Assembly: GCA_965178125.1 (NCBI GenBank)
Contig: OZ237738.1
Location: 310,001 to 374,000, forward strand
DNA: 64,000 nt
Direction of reading: 5' to 3'
Source of the DNA: Bilabrum cf. latius
Lineage: Eukaryota
Made by a program: the position numbers and the translations under genes. Positions 24,301 through 36,516 of the stretch are shown one piece after another. Numbering within the stretch: the stretch's first letter is position 1; every line of letters begins with the position of its first letter. Below the pieces are notes generated by a model. That model did no database searches. It was not told where the DNA came from and was given only the letters and a program-made list of their open reading frames with translations.

Positions 24301-27300
24301 TCACGCCAGCCCAAAGCCGCTGTCCTCCAAGCTCGCAACAGCAACCCGCAGCCTCCGCTCCACTTCGGATTGGTCGCTCAAGTCCGGCATGTCCACCCGG
24401 GAGAAGCACGTGTGTGCCACAGGCAGCGAAGCAGAGCTCGCCCCGCCTTTCTTCTGGAACTTTATCGGCCGATCTGGCTCCGGCAGCGCGCTGGATGCGG
24501 TTGCAAACAGCAAAAATCGCCTGGCCTCCACCTCGGAGAAGCTCCTCACCACCCCAAGGACGGCCTCCTTCAATCCCCCGCCTGAAGAGAAGCCACGGAA
24601 GGACAGGCGCTCTGCCACCTCTGCACCCGTGACTTTTTGCCTCCCTGCAACGATCTGCATCAGCTCAGTCCACCTGAAGAGCCTCAGATGAGCCTGGATG
24701 GGCAGAAACTGAAACCCCTTCCGTATGGCCTGCAGCGCTGCCCTGCGGCAACCCACCACGCGGGTCTCGGCAAATGCAGCGCAATACAGCTTTACGTTGG
24801 CAGCGGTTACGGGCCCTGAACTAGGCACCTTGCTGCAGACCGAGCCCGGGGGATGCCCACCCGCAGGTGCAGCCAGGTCCTCAAACTCGAGGCCCACAGC
24901 CTGCAGGTACTGATCGTCAGCCGCCAAAAGGTTGTGGAGGTTCTGGGCGGCGCGAGGGTCGAAGGCCGTGTAGTCCTCCATGGTGGCAGTTTCGGCCCCC
25001 GCGATAAACCTGAACACCGCAGGGTTGAATCGCAGTGGCAGCCTCACGTCATCGTATATGCTCTTCGCGAGCAGCCGCCCCACGGCCTCGTACTGATCCA
25101 GTCGGGAGGCTCGGGGAGCGGCGCCTGACGGAAGCTATCCATCTTCCAGCGGAAGGTACGTCGGATCCGCTGTTCCGTCCGTGTCTACCGCCCTCAAGAA
25201 TAGCTTCGGGGCTCCGCTGCTAGAGGCCGCGCGATCCCCTTCTCCTTCGCCCTCCGCGGAGACGGGGGCGCACAGGCCATCGAAGGTGAGCTGATACATC
25301 TCTCGCGTGAGCCCGCGAGCGTCTGCCCCTGCCTCTCCCTCGAACGCAACCTGGAAGTCAGCCAGCAGCTCCTGCGATGTCATTTTCATCACCTCCCGCA
25401 GAGTGTCTCTGGCTGCGGTGCGTCTTCGAATGCGCATGCTGCACTGCTTGAACTTCTCCCTCGTGTGCAGCAGGTCCATGAACTCGTTCAGAGCGGCGAT
25501 CTTTAGGTGAGTTCGCTCGTCTGCATCGGATCTAGATCGTTCCATTTGCGCGGGTCCTAGGCCAGCAATACTGATGCTTGACGAGCCCCCTCGCAAGCTG
25601 GTGGGCATCGCAGGCCTGCCTGCATATCGAAACACGTCGTGTTGTGTGCATTCGTATGCTCTCAGTCGCGCGGTGGGGTCTCGTTTCATAGCATCACGCA
25701 GTATTCCTTGCAATGCCTGCGCTTCGGGTGGCAATGAGGCCTACGAACTACTAGTACTCGCAGACGGCCACGAACCGGCAGCTGTGCCGCCAGAGGAACC
25801 ACCCGATGCACCGGAGACGGGCGGCCAGGTCTGCTGCAGCCTCACGGAGTCCGCACTTGTCCCTAGAAATGGTATGCTCCCAAAGATGGCAGCATGCATC
25901 CAAGAGGCACATCTCCAAATGTCCGAAGCAGCAGTGCCGCCGGGAGCTCCTAGCAGCAGCGGGGTACTCGCCATCCCCGCGCCGTACACAGCCTAGATAT
26001 CATCTAAACATGCGCCGTGCTGCGAGTTAACGTGTCCACTGCCTTTTCTGGACGAGCATACGCTAGCGTCCTCCGCGGCGCCCCGCTGCATAAATCCGCT
26101 CGTGGATGCCCACTCGGGGTGCGACCCACTTGCAGGTGTGGCGATCGACAGACCAGCGTCGATCCCGGTCGCATCCAGCAGGTCAGATTCCGACATTCTA
26201 GAGTCGTGCTGCCCACCTGCTTGGGCTGCACCATCAAGCGCGCCAGCATGCAGCCGGCCACTCGGCTCAGCCCTTGCGACAGCTCGCGGCTCATCCGAAC
26301 CGGCACGAGACCCAGCCATTGCATTGAGTCTCTTTGCAGCCGTCCGTGCCTTGAGAAGATCTTTTTCAGGTGCTGCCAGAGCCCTCTCGGGCGGCAGGTG
26401 ATCGTCCCTGCACAGCCCACCTGGGACGGCAGGCAGCCTGATCGCAGGCTACAAGAGAGCCCCGACTTGCATTACGATTAAGGCGGGGTCCTCGCTCTCC
26501 GAGGAGTTGCTACCGACTGCACCTGCTCCAGATGCAGGGCCAGGACCCGCGTTGTCGGCATCCGTAAAGAGCACTCGCTCGTCTTCCGCGACCTCGATGG
26601 AATCAAGACTGGCGCAACCAAACAAGGACCTCGAGTGCAGAACGTGCAATAGCCCAAAGATCCTTCTAAAAACGTCCAAAACGCGCCCAAGGGGCCATCC
26701 ACACGCGCATCGTACGCTCTATGCAGAGGTTTGGCATGCTGCTGGCCCAGATCCGCATAACGACTCGAGAATGGCTCGGCTAGATGCAGATAGTGCTCGG
26801 CGCGTTGGAACTGCCAGCCACTCCCGCAGGGTTAAGCCTACCATTCCGGCGGGAAGAGGCAGAGATGGCAGAATTACCATTACTCGCGGAGGCCCAGCCA
26901 ACGAATTCGCATGCTTCTCAGAGTTTGAGCTCTCGCTACCATCCGGTGCCCTCCCACCCTCGCTTCGACCACCTGCCCGTGCTGCACTGCCGTCTACCCC
27001 ATCTCTCGGAACGTGCGGCAGCTGTTCGATCAAGTGATCTGGGACGTCTTCCTTAAGAAGGACAACAGCGGCGGGTGCAACGATGTTAGTGGGATCAGCT
27101 GCCGCCAATTCCGCGGCAACTCGGATCGCGCTAGCACCCGCCGTTGCTCCCAGGCGGTGTGGCACAATCGGGAAAGACCAGGCATACAACCCACGCCTAG
27201 GACTGCATCGACCAACGCCGGCCATCTGCGCGGACGCTCGGCCAGTTGGAGTCTGCGATGCTGGATTGCCCGCACTCCCCAACGGCGAATCTGCCCCGGA

Positions 27301-28791
27301 CGGCAAGCAATCCTCAGCTTCGACCCCGGACGTGATCACTGCAGTAGCGGCGGCCGCAAGAGCATCAACCACCCATCCTGCAGCATCACCCTTGACCCTT
27401 AGCTGCAAAGTGCCGTCCGCGCGCTCTCCCAGCACCTCTAAGCTGTCCGGTGCTGCATCAGACACGGACTCGTCCCGAGAGGCGGTCTCCGGACCATCCA
27501 TGCACAGCTGCACGAGCGCCTTGGGGAGCGTCCCGGGATCCAGCCAGGCAGCCCCTGCCTCTGATGCAGCCTATCGAAATATGTGCACGCACTCGCCCCA
27601 TCCGCTCGCGTCTCCTGGCTGCCCCGCGCCACGCCCACCTGCCTGCGAGGTCATGGTCCCAGCTGTGGCTGCCACCAGCTGCATGGCTTCCTCTCTCTCC
27701 TGGTACTCTTGGATGACCCGCTGCATCTCGGCGTTCCTCTCTCGAAGCTGCGAAGGGGAAAACAAGACACGAAGAGCACGAAAACGGTTGCGCCTGGTTT
27801 AGTACAAGGTTGGCAGCCTGCTCGGATACGCGGCGGAAATTTATCATAAAAACACCCCCCTTGCATCAGCCATGCAATCTGCCCCGCATCTCACCCCTGA
27901 CAGCTCGTCCTATAACGCAGGGTCATGACTGTGCAATCCAACCGTGCCCATGTGGTGGTGCATGGGATGCGAAATGTGCTATGTTGATTGTGTCTGCAAC
28001 CGCATGAGGTCTCTGTTCTAGCTCTCATTTCCATCGAACGGATACGGTTGGCTTGCCGCCGGGGCCGAGGGGCTGGGCATCTCCGAAACCGTGGGCGATT
28101 CAAGGTCTTCCAGCGCCTGCATTGCTTCGTCTTGCGCCTGCTCAGCTGCCGATCGAGCGCCAAGGGCTACCGCGGGGCCCAGCATGCCGAATCGGTCCGT
28201 TGCGGCACCGTTGCCATCCACCACCAGCACGCCAGAATTGGTGCCAAGTCCCGGCAAATGAATTTGGTCCCGCTAGGCTCGTTCCATGGCAGCCCTGGAA
28301 AAGCTCGGTGGTGGTGGACCTGTCCCTCCAGCTGCCGCCCAAGCTCTTTCACCGGCACCAGCAGGGTCTGCCGCCAACGCTGCGTTCATAGCATCCCCCG
28401 GAAGATCCGTCGGTACTGATGGCAACTCAATTAGTTCAGTATGATCCTATTGCGGCTGTGGCTGCGACCCCTCGGGGCCCATTGGAGCGGGGAATGTACC
28501 AGGATGTTGGGGACCAAAGCCCGGGATCTGGGTACCAGCAGCCCTTCCAGATACTGTCCCCGTCAACATACTCGATTTAATTAATTCTGCTCTCGACATC
28601 AGATTCGAGCATTCTTTCCTGATCAATGCGCCGATCCTTGGATCCGGGAGAGCTCGGCCACCGTCCAGAAATAATTGAATCGCCTCTAGCATATTATTAT
28701 ACGCCGATAGTACGCTGCCAGCCGCTTCTTTTACTCCGGCCTATTCAACTAATCTAAACGCTCTGTCAATTTTATCTCTCGCGCTTGACAT
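24301..28791 (-). CDS. HECT-domain E3 ubiquitin ligase with N-terminal MIT domain and central degenerate kinase-like region (~1,447 aa)
   Basis: N-terminus AFRLVE*AGVKEAAG...EAIQLF...IRKECSNLMSRAELIK (MIT). HECT: VAFEGEAGADARGLTREMY, GRLLAKSIYD, FLLFATAS, LPVAHTCFSRVDMP (catalytic Cys), ending GFGLA-TGA at 24301. Intron 27748-27894. All other breaks between same-frame ORFs are TAG. Confidence 0.88.
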
Positions 28792-28945
28792 GTCGCTGGA
28801 CTGTGGCGAAACCGGCCTCTGGAATTCGTGAGGAAAACGAACCCAGATTTGAACGTTCGCTGCGGGTTTGCTTTGGCCATCTTGTGGGCGCCTGGAATTC
28901 ATCTCAAATTTACTCAAGGCGAGAAATTTCCAAGCTACATCAGTG

Positions 28946-30003
28946 TCAACCCTGATCGCTTGCTGTCTGCAAGCTCGGCTCGCTGCTTGCATGCGTCGGG
29001 ATGTACATGCGTTGCAGCAAGCGCAGGACGCGCGGCGCTGCCACCCTCCTTCCCATCGCAACTGGATCAGTCCGTGCGACAGCTCCACTGCCCTGCGAAG
29101 CGGCAAGGAGAGCATGCAGGGCCCTTGGACAGGCCTCGCTGCCCCATCGCAAGAAACCGTCGTCCTACGACTCACCACGGGCAGCTCTGGCCAGCGCCTC
29201 TGATCCGCCTTTCCTACGCTTCGGCTTCATCGATGCTCCGAGCCTCGCGCCGGTGTTGCCATTGATGGCTGCCAGGAATGGCGCATCGTCTGAGAGCCCA
29301 AGCAGCCGGTCCTGGGGCGTAAGCCTGCGGCGGAAAGTCGGTCCTTGTCCTGGTCCTTGTCCTGGTCTCGGTCTCGGTATCCCGTTCGTGCCATTGAGAG
29401 GGGCTTCGCTCACCTGCGTCAACTCGGCAATGTTGCTCGTCGGTTCACGCGTACCTGTGCCCGAGCTAGTCGCTGCCCCTGCCCCTGCTGCTGCTGCTAG
29501 TGCCCTACTCGAGGACGCCAGAGCCCCACCCCTGCTTCGCTTGGCACCAATGGCCGCGTGCTGCAGGCCACTGTGAGCGAGTGCAGGGCCTGGTGCTAGC
29601 TTTTGACTCTTACGCTCACAACTGTCAGTATGGGCAGCCGTTCCAGAGTGTTTCATTCCCGTAGCGTTTGTCTGAGCATCACTGGAAGGCTCCAGCCATG
29701 CCAGCAGCGCAGCGGGTGCCACAGACCACAGCGTGCCCCCAGGCCACGGCCTCACCTTGGGCCGGCTCTAGCTGCTTTCAGAAGCACTCTTTGGCGCAGT
29801 ATCTCCGCCTGTGCCCATAGACCTTGAGGCTTTGCTTGCGGGGAACCGGTACGACACCGCAACCATGTCTGGTAGGCAGCTCACTGGGGAAGGTATCACC
29901 ACTGTCTGTGGGTCGGGACGGAGAGCTGTCGGCTGCAACCGCTTGACAGTATCAACCAGTAGTCTACATGCATTAGGTGCATCAGTGACACCCCTGCTAT
30001 CGT

Positions 30004-30065
<62 letters not shown>

Positions 30066-30592
30066 GTGGAGGTGCAATCAGAAGAGCCAACATCAGCTGC
30101 AGCCGGCTGTCCAACTGAACCATTCACCACTCTGCCTCTATCTGGGCGCTGCATACTCTACAGTCCCTGCACTGCCATCGCACGAGCAAGAATGCCTCGG
30201 CTAAGAGCTTCTGCGTAGGATTGAAGAACATCTTTGAGCGTGACATCACCAGCATTAGCACCAGCACCAGTACCAGCACCAGTACCAGCACCAGCACCAG
30301 CACCAGCACCAGCACCAGCACCAGCACCAGCACCAGCACCAGCACCAGCACCAGCACCAGCACCAGCACCAGCACCAGCACCAGCACCAGCACCAGCACC
30401 AGCACCAGCACCAGCACCAGCACCAGCACCAGTACTCAGCAAATTGTTCCCTGACCCGCTCGCCGTGGGGCCCCCTCCCACCCCTCCAGTATCTCCTGCA
30501 TCGGGGTGATCAGCCATGACGATGACAGAGCGAAGCGGCAGCAGCACCATCCGGCCCTGTCCCTGTCCCTGTCCCATGGCCACGTCTCCCTA

Positions 30593-30644
<52 letters not shown>

Positions 30645-31258
30645 ATGGCCACGTGTCCCTGCAGCCCCTCGAGGCACCATGCAACCAGCTTGTCGCTGCA
30701 GCTCAGGCATCGGCTGCGGCGCTCCGGAGGAATGTCGGAGCGGCCAGGCTTGAGCCTGCTTACACCCAAGGTCTGCCAATCCCTCGTGTCGGGCGGAGCC
30801 CCTGTGTTACTCGTGATTGCGGCAGCGGCGCCGGCGGCGCAAGGTTGACATTGCGGGGAGCCGGTCCAGTTGTACCTGGATGGGTCCTTCAGGAGGCGGC
30901 GCAAAGAGCAATCCCCGCATGGAGACTCACTCACTACAAAGTGCATAGAGCAGCTTTGGAGATGTTCGAACAGCTTGCTAGATCGACGGCTGCATCGCGC
31001 GAGAGCCACGACGAGCGAATGCTAGCAAAGAGCTTCAGCATGGCAGTCACTGAGCACACCGTCTTTGTGCTTAATGACTGTTTCATGACTGGGGCATCGG
31101 TTCCCGACACCTATGGCGCACACAATGGGATCTCGCCTGTCCGGATGCGTCGCGACAAGCGCGGCGAACACGCTCCAAGAATCTACGGGCACCGAGTGCC
31201 TTCCACGGAGTCTACTATAAGCTTCTAAAGAGGCATGAACGATGGCTTTATAATGCAT
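28946..31258 (-). CDS. ADAT1: tRNA-specific adenosine deaminase ADAT1/Tad1-like (A_deamin domain, no dsRBD seen) with low-complexity insertions (~770 aa)
   Basis: Motifs [55 protein letters not shown]. One frame joined through TAG at 31022, 30590, 30158, 29768, 29165. Ends TGA 28946-28948. Confidence 0.8.
30005..30064. repeat. (GCT)n microsatellite, ~20 units; encodes poly-Ser (AGC) in the ADAT1-like frame
   Basis: Pure trinucleotide run seen directly. Confidence 0.95.
30259..30432. repeat. (CACCAG)n hexamer array, ~29 units; encodes a Gly-Ala dipeptide repeat in the ADAT1-like frame
   Basis: Seen directly, with a few TACCAG variants (Gly-Thr). Confidence 0.95.
30555..30658. repeat. (CCCTGT)n hexamer arrays in a duplicated block; encodes VAM-(Gly-Gln)n twice, with one unit carrying TAG instead of CAG
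   Basis: Minus strand reads GTG GCC ATG (GGA CAG)n GGA TAG GGA GAC GTG GCC ATG (GGA CAG)3. Confidence 0.93.
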
Positions 31259-31391
31259 AGCAGTGCATTATTGCAACGTACATTCGGGGCTGACTTTCGG
31301 CAGTTGCACCTGGCCACGAGCGAACCTTCCCGAGCCTGCGAATACAGCGCGGCATATTGGCTCCACAAGAATCTACCTTGGGTTTTTTCCC

Positions 31392-34355
31392 ATGGACACG
31401 TCAGCATAGGCCCCAGTTCGAAGCCCCATGGGGGCTGCAGCGGCTGCAAGGTCAACAGGATCGAGTTCAACGGACTCTCTTTTTGCTGCCGTTGCTCAGG
31501 CTCACGGCCACGATGATCCGATATCTGCGATAGAAACAAGCCCATTGTCCGGCCAAGCAATTGCTACTGGAGACGAAGCCGCGTGTATCAGGCTTTGGCG
31601 CGTCGGTCGGCCGGCCCCCCTCAGCAAACTTCGAGGAGGCAAGCGTGCGATTCGCAGCTTGCGATTTTCTCCAGATGAGCTTTGGCTGTCGGCCGGAGAC
31701 GCCGGTGGCTCTATTGCTTGTTTTGATCTAACTCGAATGCAGAGGTCGGCGATTTTACGCGGGCATGCGGCCTGTGTCCGCGACATGAGGTGGCACCCGA
31801 TGAATGCGACCGTGCTAGGTTCGAGCGGGGACGACAAGCTGGTTCGCATGACAGACGCCAGAAGCTCAAAAGAGTTTATAGCTTACAAAGGCCATAGCGC
31901 CCCGGTTGGTCCGATCCAGTTCAGCCCGGACGGCAGGTGGATTGCCTCAGGAGCGGACGACGGCGAGGTGCGCGTGTGGGACCTGACTGCCGGCAAGTGC
32001 ATTTCCCACTCGAGTGTGCACGATAATAGCATCGTCTCTCTCGATTTCCATCCACGCGAGCTCGCGCTGCTTAGCGCTTCTGCAGATCGCACGGTGTGCC
32101 TCTGGGGCATGGCACCGTTCGCCCCGAAACTACGGTCTTCCGCTCTGTCCTCGGCTCCCGTGTCTGCTGCCTTCATCGCGGGGGGCGAGGCGGCTGTCGT
32201 GGTCGGTCGAAGGTTCGTTCGCGTGCTTGGCATGTAGCAGCAAGGGTCTGATGCCGCGCCTGCCCAAGAGGCAGAGTCAGGTCCTGCATCAGGATCAGGG
32301 CGAGTCCTGCAGTCCGCCCCACAGGGCCCAGAGCCCGCATTCTTGTCCGCAGCAGGAGTAACGAGCCCCGAGGCGGCAGATCAGAGCTCAGACTCAACTT
32401 CGAGACCCCGATCGTTCACGCGTGCGACCGCCGTGGCCCTCGATTCGGTGCCTGTCCCATGGCGGTGCGACCCCGTTTCCGTATGGATCGGCAAAGACGC
32501 TAGGAGGACGAGGGTCTCGACGTTTCGCGGCAGCGAAGCGGCAGCAGGTGGCAAGGGACTGTTCGGCTGCATGGTGAATGGCACTCCGCAGAGGGGGTAC
32601 TTTCGGTCTTGGCTCGCAGACTGTCGCTCCCTTGCCCCGTTCAAGTCGTCGGCGGACGCGGTTGTAGATTCAAGCCTTGGTGCGGCGGTGGGAGCGGCGG
32701 GCTCGAAGAAGCAAGTGCGTCCAGTCGTTGGAAAATCTAGCAGCGATGGTATTCACAACCCAGTTGCAGCAGTGAGCTCCTCTACAACTCCAGGATCGAG
32801 CTCACGCGGCATGAATTCACCCCCTGCAGCCGCCAGCCCTGCAGCATAGAAACCGAGTCGATCAACTACGCCGCCTTTGGAACAGTACGCAGCAGTCGCT
32901 TCCTCGAAGCGATCTGCATCGCCGCTGGTCTCGCCTAGTAGATCTGCAAGTAGAGGCGGATTCGGACCAATAGAAAATAAGGTAGGGCGCACTTCCACGA
33001 GTACTGGGGCCGGGATTCGATTAGACACGCCGCCAGCTGAGCACCTTGAAAATGCAGAGCGCGACACGAGCAAGTCCAGTGCAGACTCGTCGGCGAACGC
33101 GCCTCGCATGGCGTTGAGGAGGCCACCCACAGCGATCGAGGTGAACATCGCGGGGCCCAGCATCGTGTTCGAAGAGTCTCTCGGCTTCGTGCCCTCGCAG
33201 CGGCACGAGAGTGTAGGCCTGCGACCTCAGGACTTCCTTCCAAGGCCTGGGTCTGCCGCAGCGCTGGGCGCCACTGGCGGAGGTAACCCCAGGTTGAGGC
33301 AGAGTCTTGCCTCACTGCGACAGGCAGGCAAAGCAGGGGCACCTGGTGGCAGCAAGCGCCGCCCAGATCAGTCCAGGGCGGCCTCACGAGCTGCTGCAGC
33401 TGGGAAGGTAGCTCGCAGGCCAGCGAGGAGCGGCCTTGCACCGAGGCCGCGAGGCGTCCAGGACGAGAGGCCGCCCTGGCGCAGCGTATTGGACGATAAC
33501 GACGACGAAATGTCGGGGAGCGGAGCAATGGGGCAGGGCGAGGGCAAAGAAGACGACGAAGGGGGCAGACCCGGTGGGCACGACGTCAGGCCTGCCAAGC
33601 TGCTCGGACTCACCAGTCAGCTGGACTCGTTCTCTGCAGCAGGCCCATTGCGCGGAGCTGCTGCCATGGCGGGTGCGAGAGCGCCTCATGACGGCCTGCA
33701 GCTGCTGACCGGCAGAGGAAGCAGCACTCTGCAAGGCGTGCTCAAGGACCGCCTAGCGAGCGTCAAGGTAGCAGCAGCTCACTGGGTTGCCGGTAACGTG
33801 ACCGAAGCCTGGCAAGCAGCAACGTCGAGCGGAGACATTGCGCTTGCGACCGATTTTATCGACCACGTCAGGCTTGGCTCCGGTGGGGCATCCCTTGAGG
33901 CTCTCGTTCGCGTGCTAGCCGTGGCTCGTGGGGCCTTTCAGGAGGCCGTCCCGCGCTTCGTGCAGTCGTCCGTGAAGTGCTCGCGCAGGCTGCTGTCGGC
34001 GTTTGCTCCTCTCATCGCTGAATGCATCGACCGTGGGGAGCTGCCGGAGGAATTGGAGGACGACAGGGACCTCAGCGGGGCACGGAGGGTCCGGATCGCG
34101 GCGAGGGCCGTCCGTCGCGCGGCTGCCCTGCGACCAGCCCTTGTCATGGCTGCCCAGCGCGGCGTGGTGCCGGGCGCTGGACACGCAGATGGTGCGAGGC
34201 CGCAGTCTTCGCGCCGCACCCTGCCAAAGGGGGCCATTCAAGAGTGCAAGAGGGCGCTGGCGGTGCTGGACGCGCAGCCGTGGTGGAGCGGTCAAGCAGC
34301 CGGCGCCCTCCGGTCTGATGTTGCCGAATTTGTGGCAGCCGCGCTTGACGAGTGA
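31392..34355 (+). CDS. KATNB1: Katanin p80 WD40 subunit (~987 aa)
   Basis: N-terminal WD40 repeats (YKGHSAPVGPIQFSPDGRWIASGADDGEVRVWDLTAGK, LDFHPRELALLSASADRTV). C-terminal con80-like segment (TLQGVLKDRLASVKVAAAHWVAGNV). Same-frame ORFs joined via TAG at 32235 and 32847. Start at 31392 (one TAG at 31407) or 31428. Ends TGA 34353-34355. Confidence 0.85.
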
Positions 34356-34499
34356 TCTCGTTTCGTGAGCCGGTGCATCGATGAATGGAGGGGAAGCTTG
34401 GAACACCTAACGTTGCCTTCTGGCTTCGCAATCATAATCAGACACATGCGCCCTACGCGCGCTAAACGTCTGGAGCAAACGCGTGATGACCGAACCAGC

Positions 34500-36392
34500 T
34501 CAGCCGTAGATCCCCCCGTCTTCCTCACCGTCCTCCCCGTCCCCCTCCTCCTCGTCGCCCCCCTCAGGCTCGAGCAAACCCACCAGCAACGCTCTGGCCC
34601 GGTCATACTTCTGGGTCAGAGCGCCCATGTCTCGCCGGAACGCTCCATCGAGCTCCTGCACCATCGTCTCCAATTCCTCCGCGCTCTTGGCCTTCAGGTC
34701 CTCCTCATCCACGGAGTAAATGTCGCGAGGCACCTTCCCGCCCGCGGAACCCTTGGGCTCCTCGCCGTGCCTGAACTGCGCCATGTACGCCGGTCGTGAG
34801 CTGGGCGCGGGCGCGTCCATGGCCGCCATCGTGCCCTGCTCCTCCGCCCCCTTCCGCCGCTGGTACGGCCCCGTGCCCACCATGACGAGGGTTCCCGGAG
34901 CCCCGCCTCCACCGCCCGATTGCCTGGGCCCCGTGCCCCAGGCCTCCTTCATCACCTTACCCTTCTAGATGACCGTCCCGTCCGCGTACTTGATCGTCTT
35001 GCCGCGCAAGGTCGCTAACTTAGACCGCAGAGTTCCAACTTTCATGGTGCCATCCGCCGCCACCTCCTGGCCAAGTCCGCCGGCACCACCTCGTGCGGCT
35101 TCGCCGTCGCCAGCACCTCCCCCTTCCTCGTCCTCCTCGGCGTCCTCCTCCAGCATCTCGGCGTCTTCCTGCCTCGCTGCGTCGATGGTGGGCAGGTGCT
35201 CCTTCACCAGGGCCTTGAGCACGTCCGACTTGCCGCCGTTCTCTTTCAGCCGCTTGGCCGCCTCGGCGCAGAAGGGGTGTTCAAGGAGCACCCTCACCTT
35301 GGTGCGGCGCTCCGGGTCCTTCTGCAGGCACTGCCGCAGGAAGTCGTTGAAGTCCTTCGACCACGCGTCGGGCGCGCGGACGGTGGGAGGCGGCTTGTTG
35401 GGGATCATGAAGAGTGCTCGCATGGGGTGCACGTCGGCGTACGGCGGCTCCCCGTCTGCCAGCTCGATCAAGGTGCAGCCAAGCGACCACACGTCGGCTG
35501 GGAAACTGTATCCGGATTCCTGAATCAGCTCTGCGGTATTGTAGAAGACATTTTACAGAAGGTCGGGGCAAGCTGGTGCTCTTTAATCCATCGATCATGC
35601 TGTCGCACAGCTCGCTATCGAGCACTGGCAGGGCGACTTTCGGATGGCGCGGGGTCCTTACCTGGTGCCATCCAGAACGGGGACCCAATGGTAGTATTTC
35701 GTTTCGAGAAGCTGTTCTGTAGCTAAGCAGACACCCCAAAATCAGCCTGCGTTCGGAAGTGGCTTGATGGTTCACGCGCTCGCACTGGGAGCAGCAATCC
35801 ACTGGATAGTTTCGTCCAATTCATCGCTATCTCACAAGCTTGGCTTCACCAGAGCTAGACAGCAATACATTGCCACATTTAAGGTCCCTATGAATGAGCT
35901 TCTTGGAGTGCAAGTACTCCAGACCCAGAAGAATCGCAGCCGTTGTCTCCTTTATCTGATCTTCGTTGAAAGTTACATCGCAAATGGCCATCAGATCTGA
36001 GGCCGATCCTGCCGCGCAGTATTCCATGACAATCTGCAGTAAAATAAATGCAATTCGCTACTGAATGGGTCAAAACGCGGGCGTGACTCTGGACTTCCAA
36101 GCATTGGCAGCGGTTCGCTTACCCAAAGATCCTGCTCCTGCACGAAAGCACCTCTGTATGACACCACAAATTTGCTGTTGCACTATTTTAGAATCTGAAT
36201 TTCCTTCACGAGCTCATCAATATCAGTTTCCAGTGGGATTACCTTGATCGCTACTTCGGCCCCCGTACCTTTCTCAACCGCGCTGTATACTTCTCCATAG
36301 GACCCTTCCCCCAGTCTCTCGACAAGGTCAAAGAGCTCCACTGGATCCTCAGTAGACACGCCAAGCCTTTCACGGGCATCATCGGAAGCCAT
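34500..36392 (-). CDS. STE20-family MST/Hippo-like Ser/Thr kinase with C-terminal SARAH-like helix (~527 aa)
   Basis: LGEGSYGEV, VAIK, EIQILK*C, IVMEYC, IHRDLKCGN, ADFGVSA*L, KRNTTIGSPFWMAPELIQE, ADVWSLG, HPMRALFMIP. Introns 36034-36122, 35747-35835, 35531-35661. TAG at 36183, 35723, 34965. Ends TGA 34500-34502. Confidence 0.93.
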
Positions 36393-36516
36393 AGTTCTTG
36401 TCAAAAGTAGGAATAATCCATCCATTCCATTAATAGTAACGTTTTGTTTCGGAGTTGATTAAAAAATCAGCGTTTTGTCTCAACGGGTAGGACGCCTACT
36501 GCTAGTACGGTAAAAG

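Noticed and set aside
30259-30658. Repeat arrays as CRISPR or telomeric repeats
   Set aside because: They are spacerless 6-bp tandem units, in frame within a coding sequence and internal to the contig.
28946-31258. A-to-I editing of UAG to UGG (Trp) by the local adenosine deaminase as the explanation for in-frame TAG
   Set aside because: TAG aligns to Gln (DFGVSAQL, CAG in the paralog, GQ repeat) and not to Trp. The enzyme lacks visible dsRNA-binding domains and looks like ADAT1.
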